In this document: piece after piece, positions 1 to 6,300 of the stretch
Numbering within the stretch: position 1 is the first letter of the stretch
How the letters are laid out: each line of letters begins with the position of its first letter
IMG/VR virus record: IMGVR_UViG_2681813321_000017
Strand: one strand, 5' to 3'
Length of the DNA stretch: 6,300 nt
From: a virus
Taxonomy: Duplodnaviria > Heunggongvirae > Uroviricota > Caudoviricetes
Program-made: the position numbers and the translations under genes
The notes under the pieces: generated by a model
What the model was told of the DNA's origin: nothing
The model's input: the letters and a program-made list of their open reading frames with translations, nothing else
Database searches by the model: none

Positions 1-140
1 TCACAACGTGCATCTACGCCATCAAACCACGTCAAATAATCAATTATGACGCAGGTATCGTATTAATTGATCCGCATCAACTTAACGTAAAAACAACTTC
101 AGACAATACAAATCAGCGACACTGAATACGGGGCAACCTC

Positions 141-335
141 ATGTCAACGAAGAACAGAACCCGCAGAACAACAACCCGCAACATCCGCTTTCCTAACCAA
201 ATGATTGAACAAATTAACATCGCTCTTGATCAAAAAGGGTCCGGGAATTTCTCAGCCTGGGTCATTGAAGCCTGCCGTCGGAGGCTAACGTCAGAAAAGA
301 GAGCATATACATCAATTAAAAGTGATGAAGAATGA
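141..335 (+). CDS. ylcI: Small basic prophage protein, YlcI-like (DUF3950-type); predicted ribbon-helix-helix DNA-binding fold
   Basis: ATG at 141-143 with a G-rich stretch (GGGG) about 9 nt upstream; 64 aa ending at a stop at 333-335. From memory, protein matches E. coli DLP12 YlcI (64 aa). Residues RNIRFP (beta strand) - NQMIEQINIAL (helix) - KGSGN turn - FSAWVIEACRRRL (helix) fit the RHH pattern of Arc/CopG/ParD-type proteins. Confidence 0.7.
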   Translation: MSTKNRTRRTTTRNIRFPNQMIEQINIALDQKGSGNFSAWVIEACRRRLTSEKRAYTSIKSDEE

Positions 336-499
336 ACATCCCGCGTTCTTCCCTCCGAACAGGACGATATTGTAAATTCACTTAATTACGAGGGCATTGC
401 AGTAATTGAGTTGCAGTTTTACCACTTTCCTGACAGTGACAGACTGCGTGTTGGCTCTGTCACAGGTTAAGTAGTTTGAATGATTAGCAGTTATGGTGA

Positions 500-706
500 T
501 CAGTCAACCACCAGGGAATAATCCTTCATATTATTATCGTGCTTCACCAACGCTGCCTCAATTGCCCTGAATGCTTCCAGAGACACCTTATGTTCTATAC
601 ATGCAATTACAACATCAGGGTAACTCATAGAAATGGTGCTATTAAGCATATTTTTTACACGAATCAGATCCACGGAGGGATCATCAGCAGATTGTTCTTT
701 ATTCAT
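500..706 (-). CDS. ybcW: Small acidic prophage protein, YbcW-like (68 aa), function unknown
   Basis: ATG is the reverse complement of 704-706, with GGAG 7-8 nt upstream on the minus strand; 68 aa. No signal peptide or transmembrane segment evident. Recalled as matching DLP12 YbcW; position next to ylcI and ybcV fits the DLP12 gene order. Confidence 0.65.
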
Positions 707-991
707 TTTGTCGCTCCATGCGCTTGCTCTTCATCTAGCGGTTAAAATATTACTTCAAATCTTTCTGTATGAAGATTTGAGCACGTTGGCCTTACATACA
801 TCTGTCGGTTGTATTTCCCTCCAGAATGCCAGCAGGACCGCACTTTGTTACACAACCAATACTATTAATTGAAAACATTCCTAATATTTGACATAAATCA
901 TCAACAAAACACAAAGAGGTCAGACCAGATTGAAACGATAAAAACGATAATGCAAACTACGCGCCCTCGTATCACATGGAAGGTTTTACCA

Positions 992-1402
992 ATGGCTCAG
1001 GTTGCCATTTTTAAAGAAATATTCGATCAAGTGCGAAAAGATTTAAACTGTGAATTGTTTTATTCTGAACTAAAACGTCACAATGTCTCACATTATATTT
1101 ACTATCTAGCCACAGATAATATTCACATTGTGTTAAAAAACGATAACACTGTGTTAATAAAAGGACTTAAAAAGGTTGTAAATGTTAAATTCTCAAGAAA
1201 TACGCATCTTATAGAAACGTCCTTTGATAGGTTGAAATCAAGAGAAATCACATTTCAGCAATACAGGGAAAATCTTGCTAAAGCAGGAGTTTTCCGATGG
1301 GTTACAAATATCCACGAACATAAAAGATATTACTATACCTTTGATAATTCATTACTATTTACTGAGAGCATTCAGAACACTACACAAATCTTTCCACGCT
1401 AA
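992..1402 (+). CDS. ybcV: YbcV-like prophage protein (DUF1398-type), function unknown
   Basis: The track ORF 869..1402 begins at a TTG. I place the start at ATG 992 (GGAAGG at 977-982, 9 nt upstream), giving 136 aa, which matches my recollection of E. coli YbcV length; ATG 950 is an alternative without a visible SD. The gene is markedly AT-rich (a sampled 60-nt stretch at 1021-1080 is roughly 30% GC). Confidence 0.65.
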   Translation: MAQVAIFKEIFDQVRKDLNCELFYSELKRHNVSHYIYYLATDNIHIVLKNDNTVLIKGLKKVVNVKFSRNTHLIETSFDRLKSREITFQQYRENLAKAGVFRWVTNIHEHKRYYYTFDNSLLFTESIQNTTQIFPR

Positions 1403-1692
1403 ATCATAACGTCCGGTTTCTTCCGTGTCAGCACCGGGGCGTTGGCATAATGCAATACGTGTACGCGCTAAACCCTGTGTGCATCGTTTTTAATTATTCC
1501 CGGACACTCCCGCAGAGAAGTTCCCCGTCAGGGCTGTGGACATAGTTAATCCGGGAATACAATGACGATTCATCGCACCTGACATACATTAATAAATATT
1601 AACAATATGAAATTTCAACTCATTGTTTAGGGTTTGTTTAATTTTCTACACATACGATTCTGCGAACTTCAAAAAGCATCGGGAATAACACC

Positions 1693-1986
1693 ATGAAAAA
1701 AATGCTACTCGCTACTGCGCTGGCCCTGCTTATTACAGGATGTGCTCAACAGACGTTTACTGTTCAAAACAAACAGACAGCAGTAGCACCAAAGGAAACC
1801 ATCACCCATCATTTCTTCGTTTCTGGAATTGGGCAGAAGAAAACTGTCGATGCAGCCAAAATTTGTGGCGGCGCAGAAAATGTTGTTAAAACAGAAACCC
1901 AGCAAACATTCGTAAATGGATTGCTCGGTTTTATTACTTTAGGCATTTATACTCCGCTGGAAGCGCGTGTGTATTGCTCAAAATAA
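1693..1986 (+). CDS. bor: Bor outer-membrane lipoprotein (lambda Bor / Iss serum-resistance family)
   Basis: ATG at 1693; 97 aa; N-terminal lipoprotein signal MKKMLLATALALLITGC with lipobox LITG-C. Sequence and length match lambda Bor / DLP12 BorD as recalled. It lies just past the Rz end on the opposite strand, as in lambda. Confidence 0.9.
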   Translation: MKKMLLATALALLITGCAQQTFTVQNKQTAVAPKETITHHFFVSGIGQKKTVDAAKICGGAENVVKTETQQTFVNGLLGFITLGIYTPLEARVYCSK

Positions 1987-2017
1987 TTGCATGAGTTGCC
2001 CATCGATATGGTCAGCT

Positions 2018-2479
2018 CTATCTGCACTGCTCATTAATATACTTCTGGGTTCCTTCCAGTTGTTTTTGCATAGTGATCAGCCTCTCTCTGAGGGTGAAAT
2101 AATCCCGTTCAGCGGTGTCTGCCAGTCGGGGGGAGGCTGCATTATCCACGCCGGAGGCCGTGGTGGCTTCACGCACTGACTGACAGACTGCTTTGATGTG
2201 CAACCGACGACGACCAGCGGCAACATCATCACGCAGAGCATCATTTTCAGCTTTCGCATCAGCTAACTCCTTCGTGTATTTTGCATCGAGCGCAGCAACA
2301 TCACGCTGACGCATCTGCATGTCAGTAATTGCCGCGTTCGCTAGCTTCAGTTCTCTGGCATTTTTGTCGCGCTGGGCTTTGTAGGCGATTGCGTTATCAC
2401 GGTAATGATTGACCGCCCATGACAGGCTGACGATGATGCAGATAATCAGAGCGGATATAATCGCGGTTACTCTGCTCAC
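2018..2479 (-). CDS. Rz: Rz i-spanin (inner-membrane spanin subunit)
   Basis: The track ORF starts at GTG 2491. I prefer GTG at 2477-2479 (minus), which overlaps the endolysin TGA stop (GTGA overlap) and has GGGGG 5-6 nt upstream, giving 153 aa. N-terminal TMD ([20 protein letters not shown]) followed by a charged, Ala/Arg/Asp-rich coiled-coil-like periplasmic domain; contains Rz1 in an alternate frame. Confidence 0.85.
2077..2259 (-). CDS. Rz1: Rz1 o-spanin, outer-membrane lipoprotein embedded within Rz in another frame
   Basis: ATG is the reverse complement of 2257-2259 with strong SD AAGGAG about 8 nt upstream; 60 aa; lipoprotein signal with lipobox VVG-C; proline-rich mature part ([15 protein letters not shown]) typical of Rz1. 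Entirely inside Rz. Confidence 0.85.
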   Translation of the reverse strand: MRKLKMMLCVMMLPLVVVGCTSKQSVSQCVKPPRPPAWIMQPPPDWQTPLNGIISPSERG

Positions 2480-2973
2480 TGTTGCCCCCACAAACAGACT
2501 TCACGCTCAATCTCACGACGAGTCATCAGGCCTTTCCATTGCTTACCGCCAGCGTATGTCCAGCGACGCAGCTGATCACATGCGCCTTTGATATCGCCCT
2601 GGTTTATTTTGCGAAGAAGCGTCGATGTTCTAAAATTGCCAGCACCCACATTGTAAACGAATGAGTAAAGAGCGCCGCGCGTTGTTTCCGGTATATCGAC
2701 TTTGATATACGGGTTAATTTGTCTGGCGACAGTGGCAAGGTCTTTATTCAAGAGTGCTTTGCATTCTGCTTTGGTATACGTTTTACCGAGCATGATGTCT
2801 TTTCCGGTGTGTCCGTGACATACAGTCCATACACCAACAATATCTTTGTATGGTATGTAGCTGACACCTTCCAGACCATCGTTACCACTTGGGCCAGTGA
2901 TTAACACTGATGCTATAGCAATTGCTCCGCCACCAATAGCAGCAGCAACGGCTTTTCGTAATGATGGAGGCAT
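2476..2973 (-). CDS. R: SAR endolysin (phage lysozyme, T4-lysozyme-like glycoside hydrolase; phage 21 R / RrrD-like)
   Basis: ATG is the reverse complement of 2971-2973, overlapping the holin TAA stop (TAATG); 165 aa. N-terminal Gly/Ala-rich weakly hydrophobic signal-anchor-release segment ([20 protein letters not shown]), followed by the catalytic E-x8-D-x5-T motif ([17 protein letters not shown]). Confidence 0.9.
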
Positions 2974-3188
2974 TATTCACCTCTCGCAGCCTTGCGCTTA
3001 TCTTCTTTAATCTTGAAATAAAGGTTTGTCAGGTACGTCAGCAGGCCAAATACCAGGCTACCCAGCACACCTATTGCTGCCCACTGTGAGGGAGTGACTT
3101 TATCGAGCAGCTGTAAAAACCAGTAACCGGCACTACCTGCTGAGGTGCCATAGGCGACTCCAGTTGTTAACTTATCCATGAATTTCAT
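2973..3188 (-). CDS. S: Class II pinholin (phage 21 S-type) with dual-start motif (antiholin/holin)
   Basis: The track ORF starts at TTG 3233. The real starts are ATG at 3186-3188 (MKFMDK, 71 aa) and ATG at 3177-3179 (68 aa), with SD GAGGTGG immediately upstream. Two TMDs; sequence as recalled matches S21/EssD. Confidence 0.85.
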
Positions 3189-3457
3189 AACCCCACCTCG
3201 CAGACAAAGCGGGTGTAAATTGAGGGAATACAACGTATCGCAAAAAAGCAGAAACGTAACTGACTCCGAGTCAGTGAATAACTCAGGTATTGAGTTATCA
3301 GCTAATATCGAGACTCAAAAAATGGAAAAACCAGCTCGACGGCGGGTTTAAGCTGTGTGACGAAGTAACCACTCTTAACAGCATAACCAATTTTTTACGT
3401 ACGTAAACCACTGAATGATATTTATGAGAATGCTACCGAGTGTTCAAAACATCACAA

Positions 3458-3618
3458 CAAATACATAAGAAAACCTCAACAAATAACCAATAAATAATTT
3501 CCAGTGTTATTTTTAGCCGGTTTAAATTAAACAGACGAATTATAGAACCACCATAAATAACAGCCATTAATATAAATTAGCTAATAGATTTATTTTTGTT
3601 CAAATAAGAGCCATAAAT
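3458..3618. repeat. 161-bp direct repeat, copy 1, ending at the N gap
   Basis: Matches 3640..3800 at 159 of 161 positions (mismatches at 3519 g vs 3701 a, and 3551 c vs 3733 t). AT-rich, non-coding. Confidence 0.9.
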
Positions 3619-3639
3619 NNNNNNNNNNNNNNNNNNNNN
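3619..3639. other. Run of 21 N (assembly/scaffold gap)
   Basis: Literal n characters in the sequence. Confidence 1.
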
Positions 3640-3800
3640 CAAATACATAAGAAAACCTCAACAAATAACCAATAAATAATTTCCAGTGTTATTTTTAGCC
3701 AGTTTAAATTAAACAGACGAATTATAGAACCATCATAAATAACAGCCATTAATATAAATTAGCTAATAGATTTATTTTTGTTCAAATAAGAGCCATAAAT
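3640..3800. repeat. 161-bp direct repeat, copy 2, starting at the N gap
   Basis: Near-identical to 3458..3618; begins at the first base after the N run. Confidence 0.9.
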
Positions 3801-3958
3801 AGGTTTCGATAGAAAAAGTTCAGATAAAAATAGAGATCTACTTCACAAATTAAATGAGAAACTAAAACTTACATCTTGAAATAATCACATTGATTAGATG
3901 AATATTTATCGCGCAGTGACATCATTTTTTAATAATAGTTCAAAAAAAAGGGCTCACG

Positions 3959-5056
3959 ATGAAAAAATTAACAGTGGCAATTTCTGCTGTAGCTGCATCA
4001 GTACTGATGGCGATGTCTGCTCAGGCAGCTGAAATTTATAATAAAGACAGTAACAAGCTGGATCTGTACGGGAAAGTTAATGCCAAGCACTACTTTTCCT
4101 CTAACGATGCAGATGATGGTGATACTACTTATGTTCGTCTGGGCTTCAAAGGCGAAACCCAAATCAACGATCAGCTGACTGGTTTCGGTCAGTGGGAATA
4201 TGAATTCAAAGGCAACCGCGCTGAATCTCAAGGTTCCTCCAAAGACAAAACCCGTCTTGCATTTGCAGGCCTGAAATTCGGTGACTACGGCTCAATCGAT
4301 TACGGCCGTAACTACGGTGTAGCATACGACATCGGTGCGTGGACTGACGTTCTGCCAGAATTCGGTGGCGATACCTGGACCCAAACAGATGTGTTCATGA
4401 CTGGTCGCACCACTGGTGTTGCAACCTATCGTAACAACGACTTCTTTGGTCTGGTTGATGGTCTGAACTTTGCTGCTCAGTACCAAGGCAAAAACGATCG
4501 TAGCGATTTCGATAACTACACCGAAGGTAACGGTGATGGCTTCGGTTTCTCTGCTACCTATGAATACGAAGGATTCGGTATCGGTGCAACTTATGCGAAA
4601 TCTGATCGTACCGACACTCAAGTTAATGCAGGGAAAGTTCTTCCTGAAGTATTTGCTTCCGGTAAAAATGCAGAAGTTTGGGCCGCAGGTCTGAAATATG
4701 ACGCTAACAACATTTACCTGGCCACTACCTATTCTGAAACCCAGAATATGACTGTATTTGCTGATCACTTCGTTGCTAATAAAGCTCAAAACTTCGAAGC
4801 TGTTGCACAATATCAGTTCGATTTCGGTCTGCGTCCGTCCGTTGCTTACCTGCAATCTAAAGGTAAGGATCTTGGAGTATGGGGCGATCAGGACTTAGTC
4901 AAATATGTTGATGTAGGTGCAACCTATTACTTCAACAAAAATATGTCTACTTTCGTTGATTACAAAATCAACCTGCTTGACAAAAATGACTTCACTAAAG
5001 CACTCGGTGTAAGCACTGATGACATCGTTGCTGTAGGTCTGGTTTACCAGTTCTAA
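3959..5056 (+). CDS. nmpC: General bacterial porin, OmpC/OmpF/PhoE family, NmpC/OmpD-like (prophage-borne, intact)
   Basis: ATG at 3959 with AAGG 7 nt upstream; 365 aa. Sec signal peptide with AQA|AE cleavage site; aromatic/Gly-rich beta-barrel composition; C-terminal ...VGLVYQF with terminal Phe typical of porins. N-terminal sequence matches my recollection of E. coli NmpC. Full length; no IS interruption visible. Confidence 0.9.
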   Translation: MKKLTVAISAVAASVLMAMSAQAAEIYNKDSNKLDLYGKVNAKHYFSSNDADDGDTTYVRLGFKGETQINDQLTGFGQWEYEFKGNRAESQGSSKDKTRLAFAGLKFGDYGSIDYGRNYGVAYDIGAWTDVLPEFGGDTWTQTDVFMTGRTTGVATYRNNDFFGLVDGLNFAAQYQGKNDRSDFDNYTEGNGDGFGFSATYEYEGFGIGATYAKSDRTDTQVNAGKVLPEVFASGKNAEVWAAGLKYDANNIYLATTYSETQNMTVFADHFVANKAQNFEAVAQYQFDFGLRPSVAYLQSKGKDLGVWGDQDLVKYVDVGATYYFNKNMSTFVDYKINLLDKNDFTKALGVSTDDIVAVGLVYQF

Positions 5057-5065
5057 TCTGATTAC

Positions 5066-5106
5066 GAAAAAGATATGTTGCGGGAGGCGTTGCCTCCCCA
5101 ACATAT
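5066..5106 (-). terminator. Candidate intrinsic terminator for minus-strand transcription (possible tR' of the late operon)
   Basis: Inverted repeat ATATGTTG-c-GGGAGGC (5073-5088), loop GTT, GCCTCCC-CAACATAT (5092-5106); on the minus strand the stem is followed by CTTTTTCG (T5 at 5066-5070). No T tract follows it on the plus strand. Confidence 0.4.
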
Positions 5107-5194
5107 AAGTGACTCCCTCAAGCCACTTCCTTTAGGAGCACAACCTTGCTTCTAACTATATAAACCTTCTGTTATATATTACCCTTTATTTTTG

Positions 5195-5218
5195 GGGGCG
5201 TTGCAACGCCCCATTTTT
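5195..5218 (+). terminator. Intrinsic terminator for plus-strand transcription (porin gene)
   Basis: Perfect 18-bp palindrome GGGGCGTTGCAACGCCCC (5195-5212) followed by A-TTTTT (5214-5218); about 140 nt downstream of the porin stop. On the minus strand it is followed by an A tract, so it should not terminate minus-strand transcription. Confidence 0.6.
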
Positions 5219-5245
5219 AATAACTTTCAGTAAACAATTGGCATA

Positions 5246-5629
5246 TTAATTAGAGTTATTAACAACGATATCCATCTCTAACCGGATATCTAATGCCATT
5301 AACATCCCTTCAATTATGCCCTCAGCCTTCTGTAACCTTTTCCCGATATAACCATCAGAGCAGCAATGCTTACCTGCCAGTGACATGAATGTCATACCGA
5401 CTACATAATAATCTACTAATAAATCGTGCAAATCGCTGTTGTTCTTTTTCAGACGGGCCATGCACCCGCAAATAATCATCGCGTCATCGTCACAACATTG
5501 CGGGCGAGATTTTACTTTTGAAGGAATTAATCCCTTAAAACCGGCGGCAATGGACGACCAGGTCACATCTTCATGATTATTAGCCACCCACGCTCCCCAA
5601 CGTTCAAGAACCATCTGAATATCACGCAT
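5246..5629 (-). CDS. Q: Late-gene antitermination protein Q (DLP12 QuuD / phage 82-21 type Q family)
   Basis: The track ORF starts at TTG 5644. Real ATG is at 5627-5629 (minus) with SD GGAG 7-8 nt upstream, giving 127 aa. Cys-rich putative zinc-binding motifs (PQCCDDD...ICGC...KHCC). Sequence as recalled matches E. coli QuuD. Lies upstream of the lysis cassette on the same strand. Confidence 0.85.
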   Translation of the reverse strand: MRDIQMVLERWGAWVANNHEDVTWSSIAAGFKGLIPSKVKSRPQCCDDDAMIICGCMARLKKNNSDLHDLLVDYYVVGMTFMSLAGKHCCSDGYIGKRLQKAEGIIEGMLMALDIRLEMDIVVNNSN

Positions 5630-5646
5630 TAACTTTCTCCACAAAA

Positions 5647-6300
5647 TCAGGCCAGCACACCAATCGCCAGTGCGCGATCGATAAAACGAAATATCAGCTC
5701 CAGCTGGGAGCCATACTTCTCTTCAAATGCCACGGTATCCGCATGCAGTTCGTCGTGGTGTTTTCTGCACAAAGGCAGCACAAAAAGGTCATGCGCTTTT
5801 GTACCCATTCCACCCTGACCATGGCCTATCAGATGATGCGGATCATCAGCTGGCTTTCCACAACATGCACACGGCTGTGTCTTAACCCTGCGCGTGTACT
5901 TTTCATTAACCCAGCGGCGACGTTTTGGGCGTAACATAAAAGACTCCGGCGACTCCGGATCCACTTTCAGCGCCAGCACCTTTTTCGCCTTATCCTGGAT
6001 GATGCTGGTGGCAGGAACCGAAGGCACAAGGTCACTTTCCCGGGTAACAGACGGCACAACAGGCTTCGGTAATCTCAGTGCCTTACGGGCTGCACTTTCC
6101 GGTAAGGCATCCGCCAGATCATTACGAATCAGCCACCAGCACAGTTCCGGCATTGTCACAACGTGACTGTCATCAAAACCGAGATCCCGACGCACAACAG
6201 ACAACACCCAGCGGGCACAGTTATCCGTTGCCATTGATTCCAGCCGTTCCGTGAACTGATCGCGCAGCTGGTTATCGCAGTGCCAGCACAGACGGATTGC
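5647..6300 (-). CDS. Cys/His-rich prophage protein, DUF968-like (YdfU-type); 5' end beyond the window
   Basis: Stop at 5647-5649 (minus). The reading frame stays open upstream of the track's ATG at 6232-6234 all the way to position 6300 (my translation of 6235-6300 gives ...[27 protein letters not shown]... with no stop), so the true start is probably off-window. C-terminal motif [23 protein letters not shown]...[11 protein letters not shown] suggests metal binding. The stop is 17 nt from the Q start. Confidence 0.6.
   Translation of the reverse strand, partial: AIRLCWHCDNQLRDQFTERLESMATDNCARWVLSVVRRDLGFDDSHVVTMPELCWWLIRNDLADALPESAARKALRLPKPVVPSVTRESDLVPSVPATSIIQDKAKKVLALKVDPESPESFMLRPKRRRWVNEKYTRRVKTQPCACCGKPADDPHHLIGHGQGGMGTKAHDLFVLPLCRKHHDELHADTVAFEEKYGSQLELIFRFIDRALAIGVLA

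Noticed and set aside
1-140. Possible start of a minus-strand packaging gene (Nu1/NohD-like) or a cos site at the left edge
   Set aside because: The only ATG open to the left edge (reverse complement of 11-13) leaves just 10 nt of coding sequence and has no convincing SD. I could not find the lambda cohesive-end sequence GGGCGGCGACCT or its complement. Not callable from this window.
539-872. Plus-strand track ORFs 539..745 and 633..872 (68 and 79 aa)
   Set aside because: Both lie antisense to or overlap the better-supported ybcW gene and its upstream region, have low-complexity hydrophobic translations, no SD, and at least some start on non-ATG codons. Treated as spurious.
869-991. N-terminal extension of the ybcV ORF starting at 869
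   Set aside because: The codon at 869 is TTG with no SD. The ATG at 992 has a GGAAGG SD and yields the expected 136-aa protein.
1705-1905. Minus-strand ORF (66 aa) inside bor
   Set aside because: Fully antisense to the well-supported bor gene; Cys-rich low-complexity translation; no SD.
1967-2179. Plus-strand ORF (70 aa) overlapping the Rz/Rz1 3' ends
   Set aside because: Antisense to Rz and Rz1; Gly/Cys-rich translation typical of a chance ORF in GC-rich antisense sequence.
2409-2904. Plus-strand ORFs 2409..2591, 2482..2664 and 2719..2904
   Set aside because: All antisense to the endolysin and Rz genes, which have strong family signatures; no independent support.
3189-3233. Upstream extension of the holin ORF ([15 protein letters not shown]...)
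   Set aside because: It starts at a TTG and runs through the holin SD. The MKFMDK dual-start motif with SD GAGGTGG defines the real starts at 3188 and 3179.
3234-3457. Possible tRNA gene between the holin and porin, as seen upstream of late genes in some lambdoid phages
   Set aside because: No cloverleaf-compatible sequence or conserved T-arm motif (GGTTCGAATCC-like) was found by eye in this interval or elsewhere in the window.
3458-3800. The 161-bp direct repeats as a biological tandem repeat, CRISPR-like array or mobile-element terminal repeat
   Set aside because: There are only two copies, they abut an N gap exactly, there is no spacer-repeat periodicity, and no transposase or integrase is adjacent. 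An assembly artifact is the simpler explanation (kept as a finding for verification).
3998-5104. Antisense and overlapping ORFs within the porin gene (3998..4231 -, 4292..4855 -, 4470..4694 +, 4895..5104 -)
   Set aside because: The porin ORF on the plus strand has signal peptide, barrel composition and a C-terminal Phe. The 187-aa minus-strand ORF lies in the direction of late transcription, but its translation is low-complexity with no recognisable domain or SD, so I consider it a chance ORF.
5630-5644. Five-codon upstream extension of Q (MWRKL...)
   Set aside because: It begins at TTG and overlaps the GGAG SD that serves the ATG at 5629.
5743-6166. Plus-strand ORFs 5743..5934 and 5894..6166
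   Set aside because: Antisense to the DUF968-like gene; Arg/Ser-rich low-complexity translations; no SD.

Overview
The window reads as the late-control and lysis region of a lambdoid prophage in an E. coli-like enterobacterium, closely resembling the DLP12 / phage-21-type late region as I recall it. No database search was possible, so all homology statements are from memory. Gene order, left to right: ylcI-like (+), ybcW-like (-), ybcV-like (+), bor lipoprotein (+), then a minus-strand lysis cassette (Rz with embedded Rz1, SAR endolysin R, pinholin S), an AT-rich intergenic region containing a 21-nt run of N, an intact NmpC-type porin (+), two hairpin terminators, a Q antiterminator (-) and the 3' part of a Cys/His-rich DUF968-like gene (-) that runs off the right edge. 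The six-frame track uses TTG/GTG as starts, so several listed ORF starts are over-extended; I re-derived starts from ATG/GTG plus Shine-Dalgarno context and start/stop overlaps. I do not see a convincing previously undescribed system. The items most worth a second look are: (1) the N gap flanked by two 161-bp near-identical direct repeats, most likely an unmerged contig overlap and possibly a chimeric join between related prophages; (2) the Q-porin intergenic region, which carries two oppositely polarised terminator hairpins and probably the late promoter; (3) the small uncharacterised ylcI/ybcW/ybcV cluster, in which YlcI looks like a ribbon-helix-helix DNA binder; (4) short palindromes upstream of the holin and between convergent genes. 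No tRNA, rRNA, CRISPR array, IS element or transposase was recognised.
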